Assembly: GCA_947631015.1 (NCBI GenBank)
Contig: CANRJS010000002.1
Location: 67,726-131,725, forward strand
Length of the DNA stretch: 64,000 nucleotides
Reading direction: 5' to 3'
Source of the DNA: an uncultured Clostridia bacterium
GTDB taxonomy: Bacteria; Bacillota; Clostridia; Oscillospirales; JAAYOS01
Shown here: one piece after another, positions 55,273-64,000 of the stretch
Layout: every line of letters starts with the position of its first letter
Numbering within the stretch: the first letter of the stretch is position 1
The notes under the pieces: model-generated
What the model was told of the DNA's origin: nothing
Database searches by the model: none
What the model saw: the letters and a program-made list of their open reading frames with translations, nothing else
Position numbers and translations under genes: made by a program

Positions 55273-58200
55273 TTACTTCACGACACCCTCGCAGAAGCGC
55301 ATGAGTATCGTCGCTATCTGCGCGCGGAGGGCCCCGTCGGACGGCGCGAGCGTCGTCGCGTTGGTGCCCCGGATGAGCTCCGTGCCGACCGCCCAGCCCA
55401 TGGACGTGCTCGCCCACGTGCTGATCGTTCCGGCGTCGGTGTAACCGGTGAGGTCGGAGGTCTTCGTGACGTCGTACTTCTTGTACGCGGCGTAGCGATA
55501 GAGGATGGTCGCGGCCTCTTCGCGGGTGATGTCCTTCATCGGACGGAACGTGCCGTCGCCGTAGCCGGTGACGATCTCGTTCGCGGCGGCCCAGTTGATG
55601 GCATCCGAGTACCACTCGCCGGACGCAACGTCGCCGAACGGAATGTTCTTCGTCACGGCGGGCTTGCCGTCGAGGCGATAGAGGATAGTCACGAGCATCG
55701 CGCGGGTGGTCTGAGCGTTCGGAGCGAACGTCGTCTCGCCGGTGCCGTCCATGAGACCCTTCTCGACGACGTAGTCGACGGCCTCGACGAACCAGTCGGT
55801 ATCCTTGACGTCGGTGAACTTCGCGGACGGAGCGGCCTTCTTGTCCTCAACGAACGTGACCTTGACGGTCGCGCCGCCTGCGGGCATCGTGAAGGAGTAG
55901 GTCCCGTCAGCGTTCTTGGTGACGGTCACAGCGGCGTCGGTGCCGTTCTGGGTGACGGTGACGGTGTCGACCGAGTAGCCCTCCTTCGGGGTGGCGGTCA
56001 CGGTGATCTTAGTGCCTGCGGCCGCGCTCATGGGCGAGACCGAGACGGTGCCGTTCGGAGCAGACGGGACGGTCACGGTGTAGGTCGGGGTGACGCCGGA
56101 AGTGCCGCCGCCAGTGTAGGTCACGGTGTACGTGTTGGTCGTTTCGTCCTTGGTCAGCGTGTAGCCGCTGCCGGCCTCGATGGCGCCGATTTGGCCGCCG
56201 TCCTCAACCTTAACAGCGAAGGTAACAGCCTTGCTGACGACAACGTTCTCCTCGGAGCAGTCGCCGGTGACGGTGATGGTCTCGTTGTCCTTGACCGCGT
56301 TGACGGCTTCCTGCAGCGTTCCGTAATAGGTATTGCCGATGTTGGCAACAGGAGTCACGCCTGCTTCAAATGTGAACGGGCTCAGGCCGTCGGTGGAGAT
56401 GAAGGTGGCAACATTGTTCTCAACAGCAGCCTGATGATAATGCGCGGTGCCGCCGTCCTTGGTGTGCTTGACATAGACGGAGCTTTCTTCAGTGAAGCCC
56501 GAGGGCAGACCCACCTTCAGCTCAATAGGCTTGCTCACAGTGAGAGGCTGAGGATCTCCAATCGTGACGGCGTTCTTGCCGTTACCGCTGAGCTCGATCT
56601 GTTCAGCGGTCTTAGCAGTCGTGGCGACCAGATCGTATACGGCGCTGATATCCACAGAGAGAGTCTTGGAACCGCCGGAGGCAGTATCGTCCTCATAGCC
56701 CTTGATATCGAGAGTCAGGTGCGGCTGTACGAAGAAGTTGACCTCGTCTTCGGTCACATCACCGCTGCCGGTGCCTTTGACTCCTGCCTCTTTAAGTGCA
56801 GCCGCTGCGTCGGCCGGATCGGTGTCCAGAGTCACGCCCGGCTGTGTAACAGCTTCGGTAGCCAGCTCGTTAAGGGTGGTGTCGTCTTCTGCGGGCTTGG
56901 TCTCCTCGGTGATATTCTTTATGCCTTCATCGCCGAGCGCTGCCTTATCAGCAGCGGGCAGATTTTCAGTTTTCGCGTTCGTCTCGCCCGCGGCAACCTC
57001 GACCTCAACCACCGCAAAGTCAGCCTTAACGGTGAAGTCCGCGCCATTCTTCAGCAGCTTGAAAGCGGCGCCTTCGGTGCCGATGGTGACCTTGCTCCAA
57101 GTGCCGTCGGCAGCCTTTTCGACCTTGGCAGTGACCGTACCGGCGGTCTTGTCGGTGGTGTTGCCGAGGTTCAGAGTGACCTCGATCGTCTCGGTGGCCT
57201 TCAGGCCGGACGCGCTGCCGGTGACGGTGATCTCGTGGTCGCCGCTGAGCGTCGCCTCGGCGGTGACAACGGCCGTAGAAGCCTCCTCGCTGCCCTTGGC
57301 TGTCGCCGTGACGCTGGTGATGGCGTCGGTGACGTCCACGGCGGGCGCGGTGGCGGTCAGCTTCGAGAACTGGTGATTATCAGCTGCGATGCCGCCGTTC
57401 TCACCGGCCTTGATATCCGTATCCTTCAGCTGTGCGCCGGTGTAAGTATAGATCTCGAAGGCGTAGCTGCCGGTTCCGATACCGGGAGCGTTCGGCACCT
57501 GAGCGCCGTTCAGGTAGCTCCAGTAGAGGAAGGTGGCGGCTTTGTCGGTCCCAACTGTGGAGACCACACTGTCCAGATACTTGCCGTCCTTGAAGACAGC
57601 CACCACGTACTTACCGGCCTTGAAGTTGTCGCTCAGCTTGACGTACAGGGTCTCGGCCGCGCAGTCGGTGATCGCGGTCTCGGTGCCCTTGGCGGTCGTC
57701 AGCTGATCGTTGTCCGCGTCGTAGGTAAACCCGGCGTCGGTCAGCTTGATGTCGTCCATCTTCGCGCCGGCGAGGTCGACCTTTATGGTGTACGGGCCGG
57801 CGGCCTTCACGCCGTCTTTGTCTGTAAATGTCAGCGTGATAGTGTCGCTGGTAGTGCCCGTACTCAGGTCATAGTAGAAAGCAACGCCATTGACTCCCTT
57901 GCCGCCGACATCTTTTTCAAGCTCCTTGAGCTCGAAGCTCTTGCCCGCAAATGTGCCCTTAGCCGCTTCTGCCGTCTCGGGGGCCTCAACATAGAAGCCT
58001 ATCCAGTAACCGCCTTTTTCGTTGCCGTTCTGATGATACCTGACATCGGTGGCGGTGACCGTGACATCGTAGACATCGTTTTCAATGTCGTAGGTCGTTG
58101 CGACCTCGGCGTCAGCGGCAGGTGTAACCGGGTTCGCGCTGTGGTCTTCCGCCGCAGCCAGACCTATCGTCAATATTTCCGGAACCTTAACGACCTTGCC

Positions 58201-59772
58201 GTCCGTGCTGACGATCGTACCCTCCGCAAGGAAGTCCTTAAGGTCGGTTGCGGGGGTGCCGCCGGTGAACGTGCCGCCGGAGATTTCGATCGGCTTCTCG
58301 CTGGCGTCGGGCGTCGCGGCCTCCCCCATCACAGTGTAAGCCACGGTGGGGTTGCCGTTGATGTTGCCGTCGGAGACGGTCACCTTCTTATCGCCGCTCT
58401 TGTAGCCTTCGTTACTGTCCATGGTGATACCGGCGGCGGGGACGGAGTACCTCTCCCCATCTTTGGCGGCGTCACCCACGGTGATGTCTCCGGTGGCAGT
58501 GGCGATGATGTTGCCGCCCTTTACTTCCAGACCGCCGCCGCGAACCACGACGCCGGCGCCGCCCTTGACGGTTCCGCCGCTGACGGTCATTTTGCCGGCG
58601 GGCAGATACACGCCACAGGCTTTGTCGCCGCCGGTGACGGTGCCGCCGGTGACGGTGATCACAACATCCTTGCCATAGTTTTCATTCTGTGCGTCGTTTG
58701 TACCGTTGGTGCTGATACCGAAAGACGCGCCGGTAATGTTTGCTTTGTCACTGACAGTGACATTGGCCTTGCCGGCGGCAAAGATCGCGGCGCTGTTGCC
58801 GGTGATCGTGCCGCCGCTGATCTTGGCGGTCGTCTCGCCCATGAAATCAATGGCGCTTCCTCTGTCGTCGGAACCGTTGGACGTGATCTCACCGCCCGTA
58901 ATAGTCACCTCGGCCTTATTTACCGAAATGACAGCCGCGGCTTTGCCGGTGATCGTGCCGCCGTTTATGGTCGCAGTCGCTTTGGTATCTATGGCCGTGC
59001 CGTCGTCTTTCGTTTTCGCATTGACCTGAAGAGCTGCGGCATTTGAGGTGTCTTCTGTTTTGATTGTCGCTCCGTCCTCGACAATGAGACTCCCCATAAC
59101 CAACACGCCGCTGCTGTGATCGCTCGTCAGTGTGCCGCCGCTGATCGTGGCAGAGCCGCCGTTCTGCATACCGGGACCATTTTTCTCCGCGGTTCCCTTA
59201 ATGGTGCCGCCGGTGATCTTTACCGTGCAATCATCAGTTGTCAGAATACCGATGGAGCCGGTAACGGTACCACCTTCAATGTTCACACTATTCGTGACAT
59301 TATTTTCGATCGCCCAAATAGCAATGCGACTGCCGCCGTCGATCGTACCGCCCTTTACGGTCAACGACGAGTTGTTCTGTTGAAGCTGGAAAATCGGATA
59401 ATTTGTAATTGGCTTACCGCCATTTGCAGCAGTACCCGTACTGAATATTTTCCCGTCATCATTCCCGGTGATTACTACAGCGCCAGTCGGAACCAGAAGG
59501 CAGTTACCGGTATCCAATGTGCAGCTTGCAAGGTCGATTTCCATCGCACCTACGCCTTTAGCCGTAAACGCTGCGTCTGTAAGTTTTACATTGCCCGTTA
59601 ATGTAATCTTACCTGCTTGAGCCGTTGCCAGAAACTGAGCAACGGTCATCTCGCCGGAAGCCTGGCCGGTTCCTGCCATAGCTCCTGGTCCATCTACTGC
59701 GAACGCAGTTGTCGGCAGCAGCGTCAGCACCATGCAGAGCGCCAGCACAATGGATAAAACTTTCTTGCTCAT
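55273..59772 (-). CDS. Large SLH-anchored cell-surface protein (~1500 aa)
   Basis: Signal peptide MSKKVLSIVLALCMVLTLLPTTAFA; GGT-rich beta-helix-like N-terminus; three C-terminal SLH repeats (FTDVKDTDWF, TTRAMLVTILYR, ITREEAATILYRY). Confidence 0.88.
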   Translation of the reverse strand: MSKKVLSIVLALCMVLTLLPTTAFAVDGPGAMAGTGQASGEMTVAQFLATAQAGKITLTGNVKLTDAAFTAKGVGAMEIDLASCTLDTGNCLLVPTGAVVITGNDDGKIFSTGTAANGGKPITNYPIFQLQQNNSSLTVKGGTIDGGSRIAIWAIENNVTNSVNIEGGTVTGSIGILTTDDCTVKITGGTIKGTAEKNGPGMQNGGSATISGGTLTSDHSSGVLVMGSLIVEDGATIKTEDTSNAAALQVNAKTKDDGTAIDTKATATINGGTITGKAAAVISVNKAEVTITGGEITSNGSDDRGSAIDFMGETTAKISGGTITGNSAAIFAAGKANVTVSDKANITGASFGISTNGTNDAQNENYGKDVVITVTGGTVTGGDKACGVYLPAGKMTVSGGTVKGGAGVVVRGGGLEVKGGNIIATATGDITVGDAAKDGERYSVPAAGITMDSNEGYKSGDKKVTVSDGNINGNPTVAYTVMGEAATPDASEKPIEISGGTFTGGTPATDLKDFLAEGTIVSTDGKVVKVPEILTIGLAAAEDHSANPVTPAADAEVATTYDIENDVYDVTVTATDVRYHQNGNEKGGYWIGFYVEAPETAEAAKGTFAGKSFELKELEKDVGGKGVNGVAFYYDLSTGTTSDTITLTFTDKDGVKAAGPYTIKVDLAGAKMDDIKLTDAGFTYDADNDQLTTAKGTETAITDCAAETLYVKLSDNFKAGKYVVAVFKDGKYLDSVVSTVGTDKAATFLYWSYLNGAQVPNAPGIGTGSYAFEIYTYTGAQLKDTDIKAGENGGIAADNHQFSKLTATAPAVDVTDAITSVTATAKGSEEASTAVVTAEATLSGDHEITVTGSASGLKATETIEVTLNLGNTTDKTAGTVTAKVEKAADGTWSKVTIGTEGAAFKLLKNGADFTVKADFAVVEVEVAAGETNAKTENLPAADKAALGDEGIKNITEETKPAEDDTTLNELATEAVTQPGVTLDTDPADAAAALKEAGVKGTGSGDVTEDEVNFFVQPHLTLDIKGYEDDTASGGSKTLSVDISAVYDLVATTAKTAEQIELSGNGKNAVTIGDPQPLTVSKPIELKVGLPSGFTEESSVYVKHTKDGGTAHYHQAAVENNVATFISTDGLSPFTFEAGVTPVANIGNTYYGTLQEAVNAVKDNETITVTGDCSEENVVVSKAVTFAVKVEDGGQIGAIEAGSGYTLTKDETTNTYTVTYTGGGTSGVTPTYTVTVPSAPNGTVSVSPMSAAAGTKITVTATPKEGYSVDTVTVTQNGTDAAVTVTKNADGTYSFTMPAGGATVKVTFVEDKKAAPSAKFTDVKDTDWFVEAVDYVVEKGLMDGTGETTFAPNAQTTRAMLVTILYRLDGKPAVTKNIPFGDVASGEWYSDAINWAAANEIVTGYGDGTFRPMKDITREEAATILYRYAAYKKYDVTKTSDLTGYTDAGTISTWASTSMGWAVGTELIRGTNATTLAPSDGALRAQIATILMRFCEGVVK

Positions 59773-60243
59773 TGCTTTTCTTACTCCTTTCAAGTAATTG
59801 TTATTTTGCGGGGGGCTTTTTCGCAACTCTCCGCCCTCTCATACTCCGCCAGGACAACGGCACCGCAGGCTGCGGCAAGCCCGGATAACCGTTGTCCAAG
59901 CAGACTCTGAAAGGAGACGGAGAAGCCGTAAGAAAGCTCCTCCTCCCGACGCTCCGCTCTCCCTCGAAGCACCGGGAGCAGCTGCTTTCGTGATTTTACG
60001 AAAACCTCAACTTTTCTGTAATTCTGCCCTGGCATCGTTTTGCCTAATTATATCACTATCAAATCGAAAATGCTAGCCCTTTTCCATAAAAATTTTAGGA
60101 AATTTCAGCTCCTGTCCGCCGTAATATTTTGTGCCAAAAAATAGAGATTTTTGTAAATTTTCTCAGGCTGAAAATTGTCAAACCCGCCTGCCGGAGGCAG
60201 ACGGGTTTTGCTTTTCCGGAAAGCTCCGGCTCTTTTTTTGCAG

Positions 60244-60280
60244 AAAAAAAGGATGCTGTCACAAGACAGCATCCTTTTTT
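60244..60280. terminator. Terminator after tsf
   Basis: AAAAAAAGGATGCTGTC-ACAA-GACAGCATCCTTTTTT. Confidence 0.8.
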
Positions 60281-60293
60281 ATCGGTTTTTCGC

Positions 60294-61223
60294 TTACTTG
60301 CCGCCGACCATCTTGGCGACTTCCTCCGCAAGGTTGTCCTCGCGCTTCTCGATGCCCTCGCCGCGCTCCATACGCACGAAGCGGGTGACGGTTATCTTGC
60401 CGCCGAGCTCCTTTGCGACCTGCGCGACGTGCTGCGCGACGGTCTGCTTGTCGTCCTTGACGAACGCCTGCTCGAGCAGGCAGTACTCGCTGTAGTACTT
60501 GTTCATACGTCCGTCGACCATCTTCTCGATGATGGCGTCTGGCTTCGGCTTGGCGGACTGCTCGTTCTCGTTCTTCGCCTGGGCGAGCAGTATCTCGCGC
60601 TCCTGACGGAGGGTCTCCTCATCGACGTCCTCCTTGCGCAGGAACTTCGGGCTCATCGCGCACGCCTGCATGGCAATGTCGCGCCCAAGCTCGGTGACGG
60701 CCTCGGGGGCGATGCCCTCGAGCTCCATGCCGACGAGCACGCCGACCTTGCCGCCCGCGTGGATATACGGAACGGTGACGCCGCCCTCATAGCGCACGAA
60801 GCGGCGGACCTTGATGTTCTCGCCTATGACGAGGACCTTGTCGCGCTGCGCGTCGGCAACGGTGCCGCCCTCGGGATAGTCCATATTCATGAGCGCGTCG
60901 ACGTCTGCGGGGTTCTTCTCCGCGACGACCTTCGCGACGTTCGCGACGAACTTCTTGAACTCCTCGTTCTTTGCGACGAAGTCGGTCTCGCTGTTGACCT
61001 CGACCGCGACGGCGACGCCGTTCGGATAAGTCTCGGCAAGCACCATGCCCTCGGCGGCGACGCGGCCGGCCTTCTTCTCCGCGGCGGCGAGCCCCTTCTC
61101 GCGGAGATAAACTATCGCGGCGTCCATATCGCCGTTCGACTCGGTGAGCGCCTTCTTGCAGTCCATCATGCCGACGCCGGTCATCTCACGGAGCTTCTTA
61201 ACATCAGCGGCTGTAAATGCCAT
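60294..61223 (-). CDS. tsf: Translation elongation factor Ts
   Basis: VKKLREMTGVGMMDCKKAL, EVNSETDFVAKN, RFVRMERGEGIEK. Confidence 0.97.
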   Translation of the reverse strand: MAFTAADVKKLREMTGVGMMDCKKALTESNGDMDAAIVYLREKGLAAAEKKAGRVAAEGMVLAETYPNGVAVAVEVNSETDFVAKNEEFKKFVANVAKVVAEKNPADVDALMNMDYPEGGTVADAQRDKVLVIGENIKVRRFVRYEGGVTVPYIHAGGKVGVLVGMELEGIAPEAVTELGRDIAMQACAMSPKFLRKEDVDEETLRQEREILLAQAKNENEQSAKPKPDAIIEKMVDGRMNKYYSEYCLLEQAFVKDDKQTVAQHVAQVAKELGGKITVTRFVRMERGEGIEKREDNLAEEVAKMVGGK

Positions 61224-61259
61224 ATTTCGATTCCTCCAGAATTAGTTATTGTTGCGGGA

Positions 61260-62006
61260 TTACTCAGCTGCTTTCTCGGTCTCGGCCTCATCGGCGGGGG
61301 CGTTCTCGTCAAGAGTGACCTCCTCGCCCTGACGTCCCTCCTGGACGGCATTGGCCATGGTCTGGCTGATGAGCTTGATGGCGCGGATAGCGTCGTCATT
61401 GCCGGGGATGACATAGTCAATCTCGTCCGGGTCGCAGTTGGTGTCAACTATGGCGACGACCGGGATGCCGAGCTTCTTCGCTTCGGCGATGGCGTTGCGC
61501 TCCTTGCGCGGGTCGACGATGAACAGAGCGCCGGGCAGCTTCGACATATCCTTGACGCCGCCGAGGTAACGCTCGAGCTTCTCTATCTCAAGCTGGAGAC
61601 CCGCGACTTCCTTCTTGGGGAGCATGTCGAACGTGCCGTCCTCCTGCATCTTCTTGAGCTGGTTGAGACGGGCGATGCGCTGACGCATGGTCTTGAAGTT
61701 GGTGAGCATGCCGCCAAGCCAACGGGCGTTGACGTAGTACATGCCGACGCGGCTCGCCTCCTCGCGGATGGCCTCCTGCGCCTGCTTCTTGGTGCCGACA
61801 AAGAGGATGGACTCACCCTCCGCGGCGAGGTCGCGCACGAAGTAGTACGCCTCCTCGAGCTTCTTGACGGTCTTCTGAAGGTCAATGATGTAGATGCCGT
61901 TGCGCTCGGTGAAGATGTACGGAGCCATCTTCGGGTTCCAGCGGCGGGTCTGGTGTCCGAAGTGGACGCCTGCCTCCAGAAGCTGCTTCATGGATACGAT
62001 TGCCAT
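61260..62006 (-). CDS. rpsB: 30S ribosomal protein S2
   Basis: [54 protein letters not shown]; start at ATG 62006. Confidence 0.97.
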   Translation of the reverse strand: MAIVSMKQLLEAGVHFGHQTRRWNPKMAPYIFTERNGIYIIDLQKTVKKLEEAYYFVRDLAAEGESILFVGTKKQAQEAIREEASRVGMYYVNARWLGGMLTNFKTMRQRIARLNQLKKMQEDGTFDMLPKKEVAGLQLEIEKLERYLGGVKDMSKLPGALFIVDPRKERNAIAEAKKLGIPVVAIVDTNCDPDEIDYVIPGNDDAIRAIKLISQTMANAVQEGRQGEEVTLDENAPADEAETEKAAE

Positions 62007-62011
62007 TCTGA

Positions 62012-62098
62012 TTTCCTCCTTAAGGTTTTTTCCTCCGCGCCCGCCATCAGGGCGGCCAACCGCTTTCCTGCGGACCTTTCGCCCACGGACGCGTGCGG
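62012..62098 (-). promoter_or_regulatory. Putative S2 autoregulatory leader RNA; promoter TTGCAA-17-TATCCT at 62126-62154
   Basis: CACGC...GCGGAGG...AAAACC..AAGGAGG layout resembles rpsB leaders of Bacillota. Confidence 0.55.
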
Positions 62099-62165
62099 AC
62101 TTGCGCGACTTTGTCGCGCTTATGTAGGATAACACATTTTTACGGGAATTGCAAGAGAAATTTCA

Positions 62166-62712
62166 AAACTTTCGCAATAAATAGTTCGAGGGCTTTGCCC
62201 TCGAACTATTTATTGCGAAGCCGACGGACAAGGCAAAGCCTTGCCGTCGGTAGGCGCTCCGCTACGCGCCGAGTTTTCCGCCTTCGGCGGAAAATCGACG
62301 CACGCTCCGCGAGAGGTATTTTCGGCGACGTACACGCCGCCGCCGAAAATGAATTTATTCTATTTTGCACCGTTGGCGCAAAACTCTGCGAGGCTATCGC
62401 TCCGCTATCCTCCTCGCGCCTGCGGCGCTCGACGCACGCTCCGCGAGAGGTGTTTTTCGTTTCAATTCACAGAAAGTCAGGACGTCGGCGCGGAAGCTTT
62501 CCCCAAGCGGCGTTGCACGCCGCTTGGGGATCCCTTTGATAGATATAAATGTAAATGCTCGGGGCAAGCACGAGGGCGCCGACATATTCCTCATTGGAAC
62601 ATATTCAGCCTTCGTGAGCTTTGCCCGCTTTGCGGGCAAAGCCAAACATTGATATAATCGCCCGCGCGATGTTGCCTGCGGCAACTTCAACCTCGCGAAC
62701 TGGCGCGGAAAC
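62166..62712 (-). repeat. Family A palindromic mosaic, copy A3 (inverted relative to A1/A2)
   Basis: 62265-62301 is the reverse complement of the 37-bp module at 22953-22989 and 12611-12647; further modules match 12541-12558, 12660-12690 and 12917-12990. Confidence 0.78.
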
Positions 62713-62713
62713 C

Positions 62714-62980
62714 TTAAAATAACCGTTTTTTCTCCTTCGGCGGCTTGGGTTTAAAGTCGAAGTCGACGAGGACGATGTCGTCCCCTATTCGGCAGATGGA
62801 CTCCCACGGGATGACATACTCGTCCCCGCCGAAGAGCGAGAATCCGCCGCCCGGCACCGTCACCGCCACGACGCGGCCGCACTCGGTATCGACGAGCACG
62901 TCCATGATATATCCGAGCCGCGCGCCGTCGCGCACGTTTATTACTTCCTTGCAGCGCAGGTCAGCCACCTTGCAGTTCAT
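62714..62980 (-). CDS. YlmC/YmxH-family sporulation protein (PRC barrel)
   Basis: DLRCKEVINVRDGARLGYIMDV...VIPWESICRIGDDIVLV. Confidence 0.9.
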   Translation of the reverse strand: MNCKVADLRCKEVINVRDGARLGYIMDVLVDTECGRVVAVTVPGGGFSLFGGDEYVIPWESICRIGDDIVLVDFDFKPKPPKEKKRLF

Positions 62981-63012
62981 GCCATCGCCTCCCCGCCTAT
63001 TATATGCGGGGA

Positions 63013-63999
63013 CTACTTAGTCATTACCGGCGAGCGGGTGAGATCCTCCCGCGCGGTGTGCAGTTCGGCGGACGGGCGCGCGAGCGCGTACAGGTCGCCC
63101 GCGAGCACCTCCGCGCGGAAGAGCCGCCGCGCGGAGACGCCGAGCGAGTTTATCTCCGCGCTCTTTGTTATGACCGGCAGGCGCGCCTTCGTCTTCATCT
63201 CGCGCAGAAGCTCGCGCCCGCGCGCGTTCGCGGCGAGGACGCGGAGATACTGCGGTTTGAGCGAGGTCAGTTCCGCGTCTATACCGAGGAACGCCGCGAG
63301 GAGTATTCGCCGTATCCGCGCGAGGGCGTAGCGCTTGGTCTTGGCGTTTGCAGCCGCCTCCGCCACCGTCCGTGCGGACGCGACGGCGCGCTCGAGGCGG
63401 TTCTCAAGTCCCTCGCTCACGTCGCTTATCTTCGCGTAGTCGGCGGCGGTAAGGCGGCGGAGCGCGCTCATCATTATCGCGTCCGCCATCGCCGCGACGA
63501 CCGGGCCGGAGCCGCGCGCCATCTCGCGGATGAACACCTCCGCCGCACCGTCCGGGATGTACTTCATAGCAGAGTACGCCGCGCCGGAACGCATCAGCTC
63601 GCGGATGTACGCGGCGGAGGCGTTGCTCCCTTCCGCGTAGGAGCTGTCGTGCTCCGCGCCCTCGCGGCGGACGGTGTAGGCGTCGAGCTTATATCCGCCG
63701 CGCTCCACCGCGCGCAGGTACTCTATCGCGAGGTTGTTGTTCGGCCCGCGCAGGAGCGCGGCGTCCGCGCCGAGCAGCTCGTCCGCCGCGCGCTGGCGTA
63801 CCGCCGCGTAGCTCTCCCCCGAGTCCATCAGCTCGCCGACGCGGCGGCTGAACGCCTCGGCGTTCATCGCGTGCGCCGCACGGCGGAGCGCCGCGACATC
63901 GCCGCACTCGCTGCCAAAGCTCACGGCGTCGCAGACGCCGGCGGCGTCGATAAGCTCCACGCCCGCCGTCGCGAACCGCTCCGCCGAGCTTATCGCGTA
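63013..63999 (-). CDS. tmcAL: tRNA(Met) cytidine acetate ligase (YlbM-family nucleotidyltransferase), 5' end outside the window
   Basis: SSAERFATAGV, SFGSE, GPNNNLAIEYL, SAAYIRE, EGLENRL, KTKRYALARIRR, YLRVLA.NARGRELL. Confidence 0.85.
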   Translation of the reverse strand, partial: YAISSAERFATAGVELIDAAGVCDAVSFGSECGDVAALRRAAHAMNAEAFSRRVGELMDSGESYAAVRQRAADELLGADAALLRGPNNNLAIEYLRAVERGGYKLDAYTVRREGAEHDSSYAEGSNASAAYIRELMRSGAAYSAMKYIPDGAAEVFIREMARGSGPVVAAMADAIMMSALRRLTAADYAKISDVSEGLENRLERAVASARTVAEAAANAKTKRYALARIRRILLAAFLGIDAELTSLKPQYLRVLAANARGRELLREMKTKARLPVITKSAEINSLGVSARRLFRAEVLAGDLYALARPSAELHTAREDLTRSPVMTK

Positions 64000-64000
64000 T

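Noticed and set aside
59830-59900. c-di-AMP or c-di-GMP riboswitch before the SLH gene
   Set aside because: The conserved core motifs of these riboswitches were not found by eye

Overview
A 64-kb high-GC chromosomal segment from a spore-forming Bacillota (Clostridia-class; sigK, ylmC and an SLH surface protein are present; an Oscillospirales-like gut or rumen organism is my inference). It contains housekeeping genes (pcrA, mrnC, T-box-valS-folC, pepF, PBP1A, degV, rpsB-tsf, truncated tmcAL) and nutrient loci. These are a LacI-linked GH3/sulfatase/anSME cluster with an orphan solute-binding lipoprotein, an Opp system with unusually large insertions, a GH1, a carboxylesterase, and a lipoprotein-ABC operon. 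I found no tRNA, rRNA, CRISPR array, transposase, integrase or reverse transcriptase. The least explained DNA is non-coding: two families of long (0.5-1 kb) intergenic palindromic mosaics. Family B (47.7-48.7 kb and 53.5-54.5 kb) has REP-like hairpin arrays and ~97-bp inverted arms around a ~290-nt core. That core is conserved at roughly 85% identity (manual alignment) with pairing-preserving substitutions and is my best candidate for an undescribed non-autonomous mobile element carrying a structured RNA. Family A (12.2-13.1, 22.4-23.1 and 62.2-62.7 kb) is a shuffled set of shared hairpin modules. All alignments and folds were done by eye.
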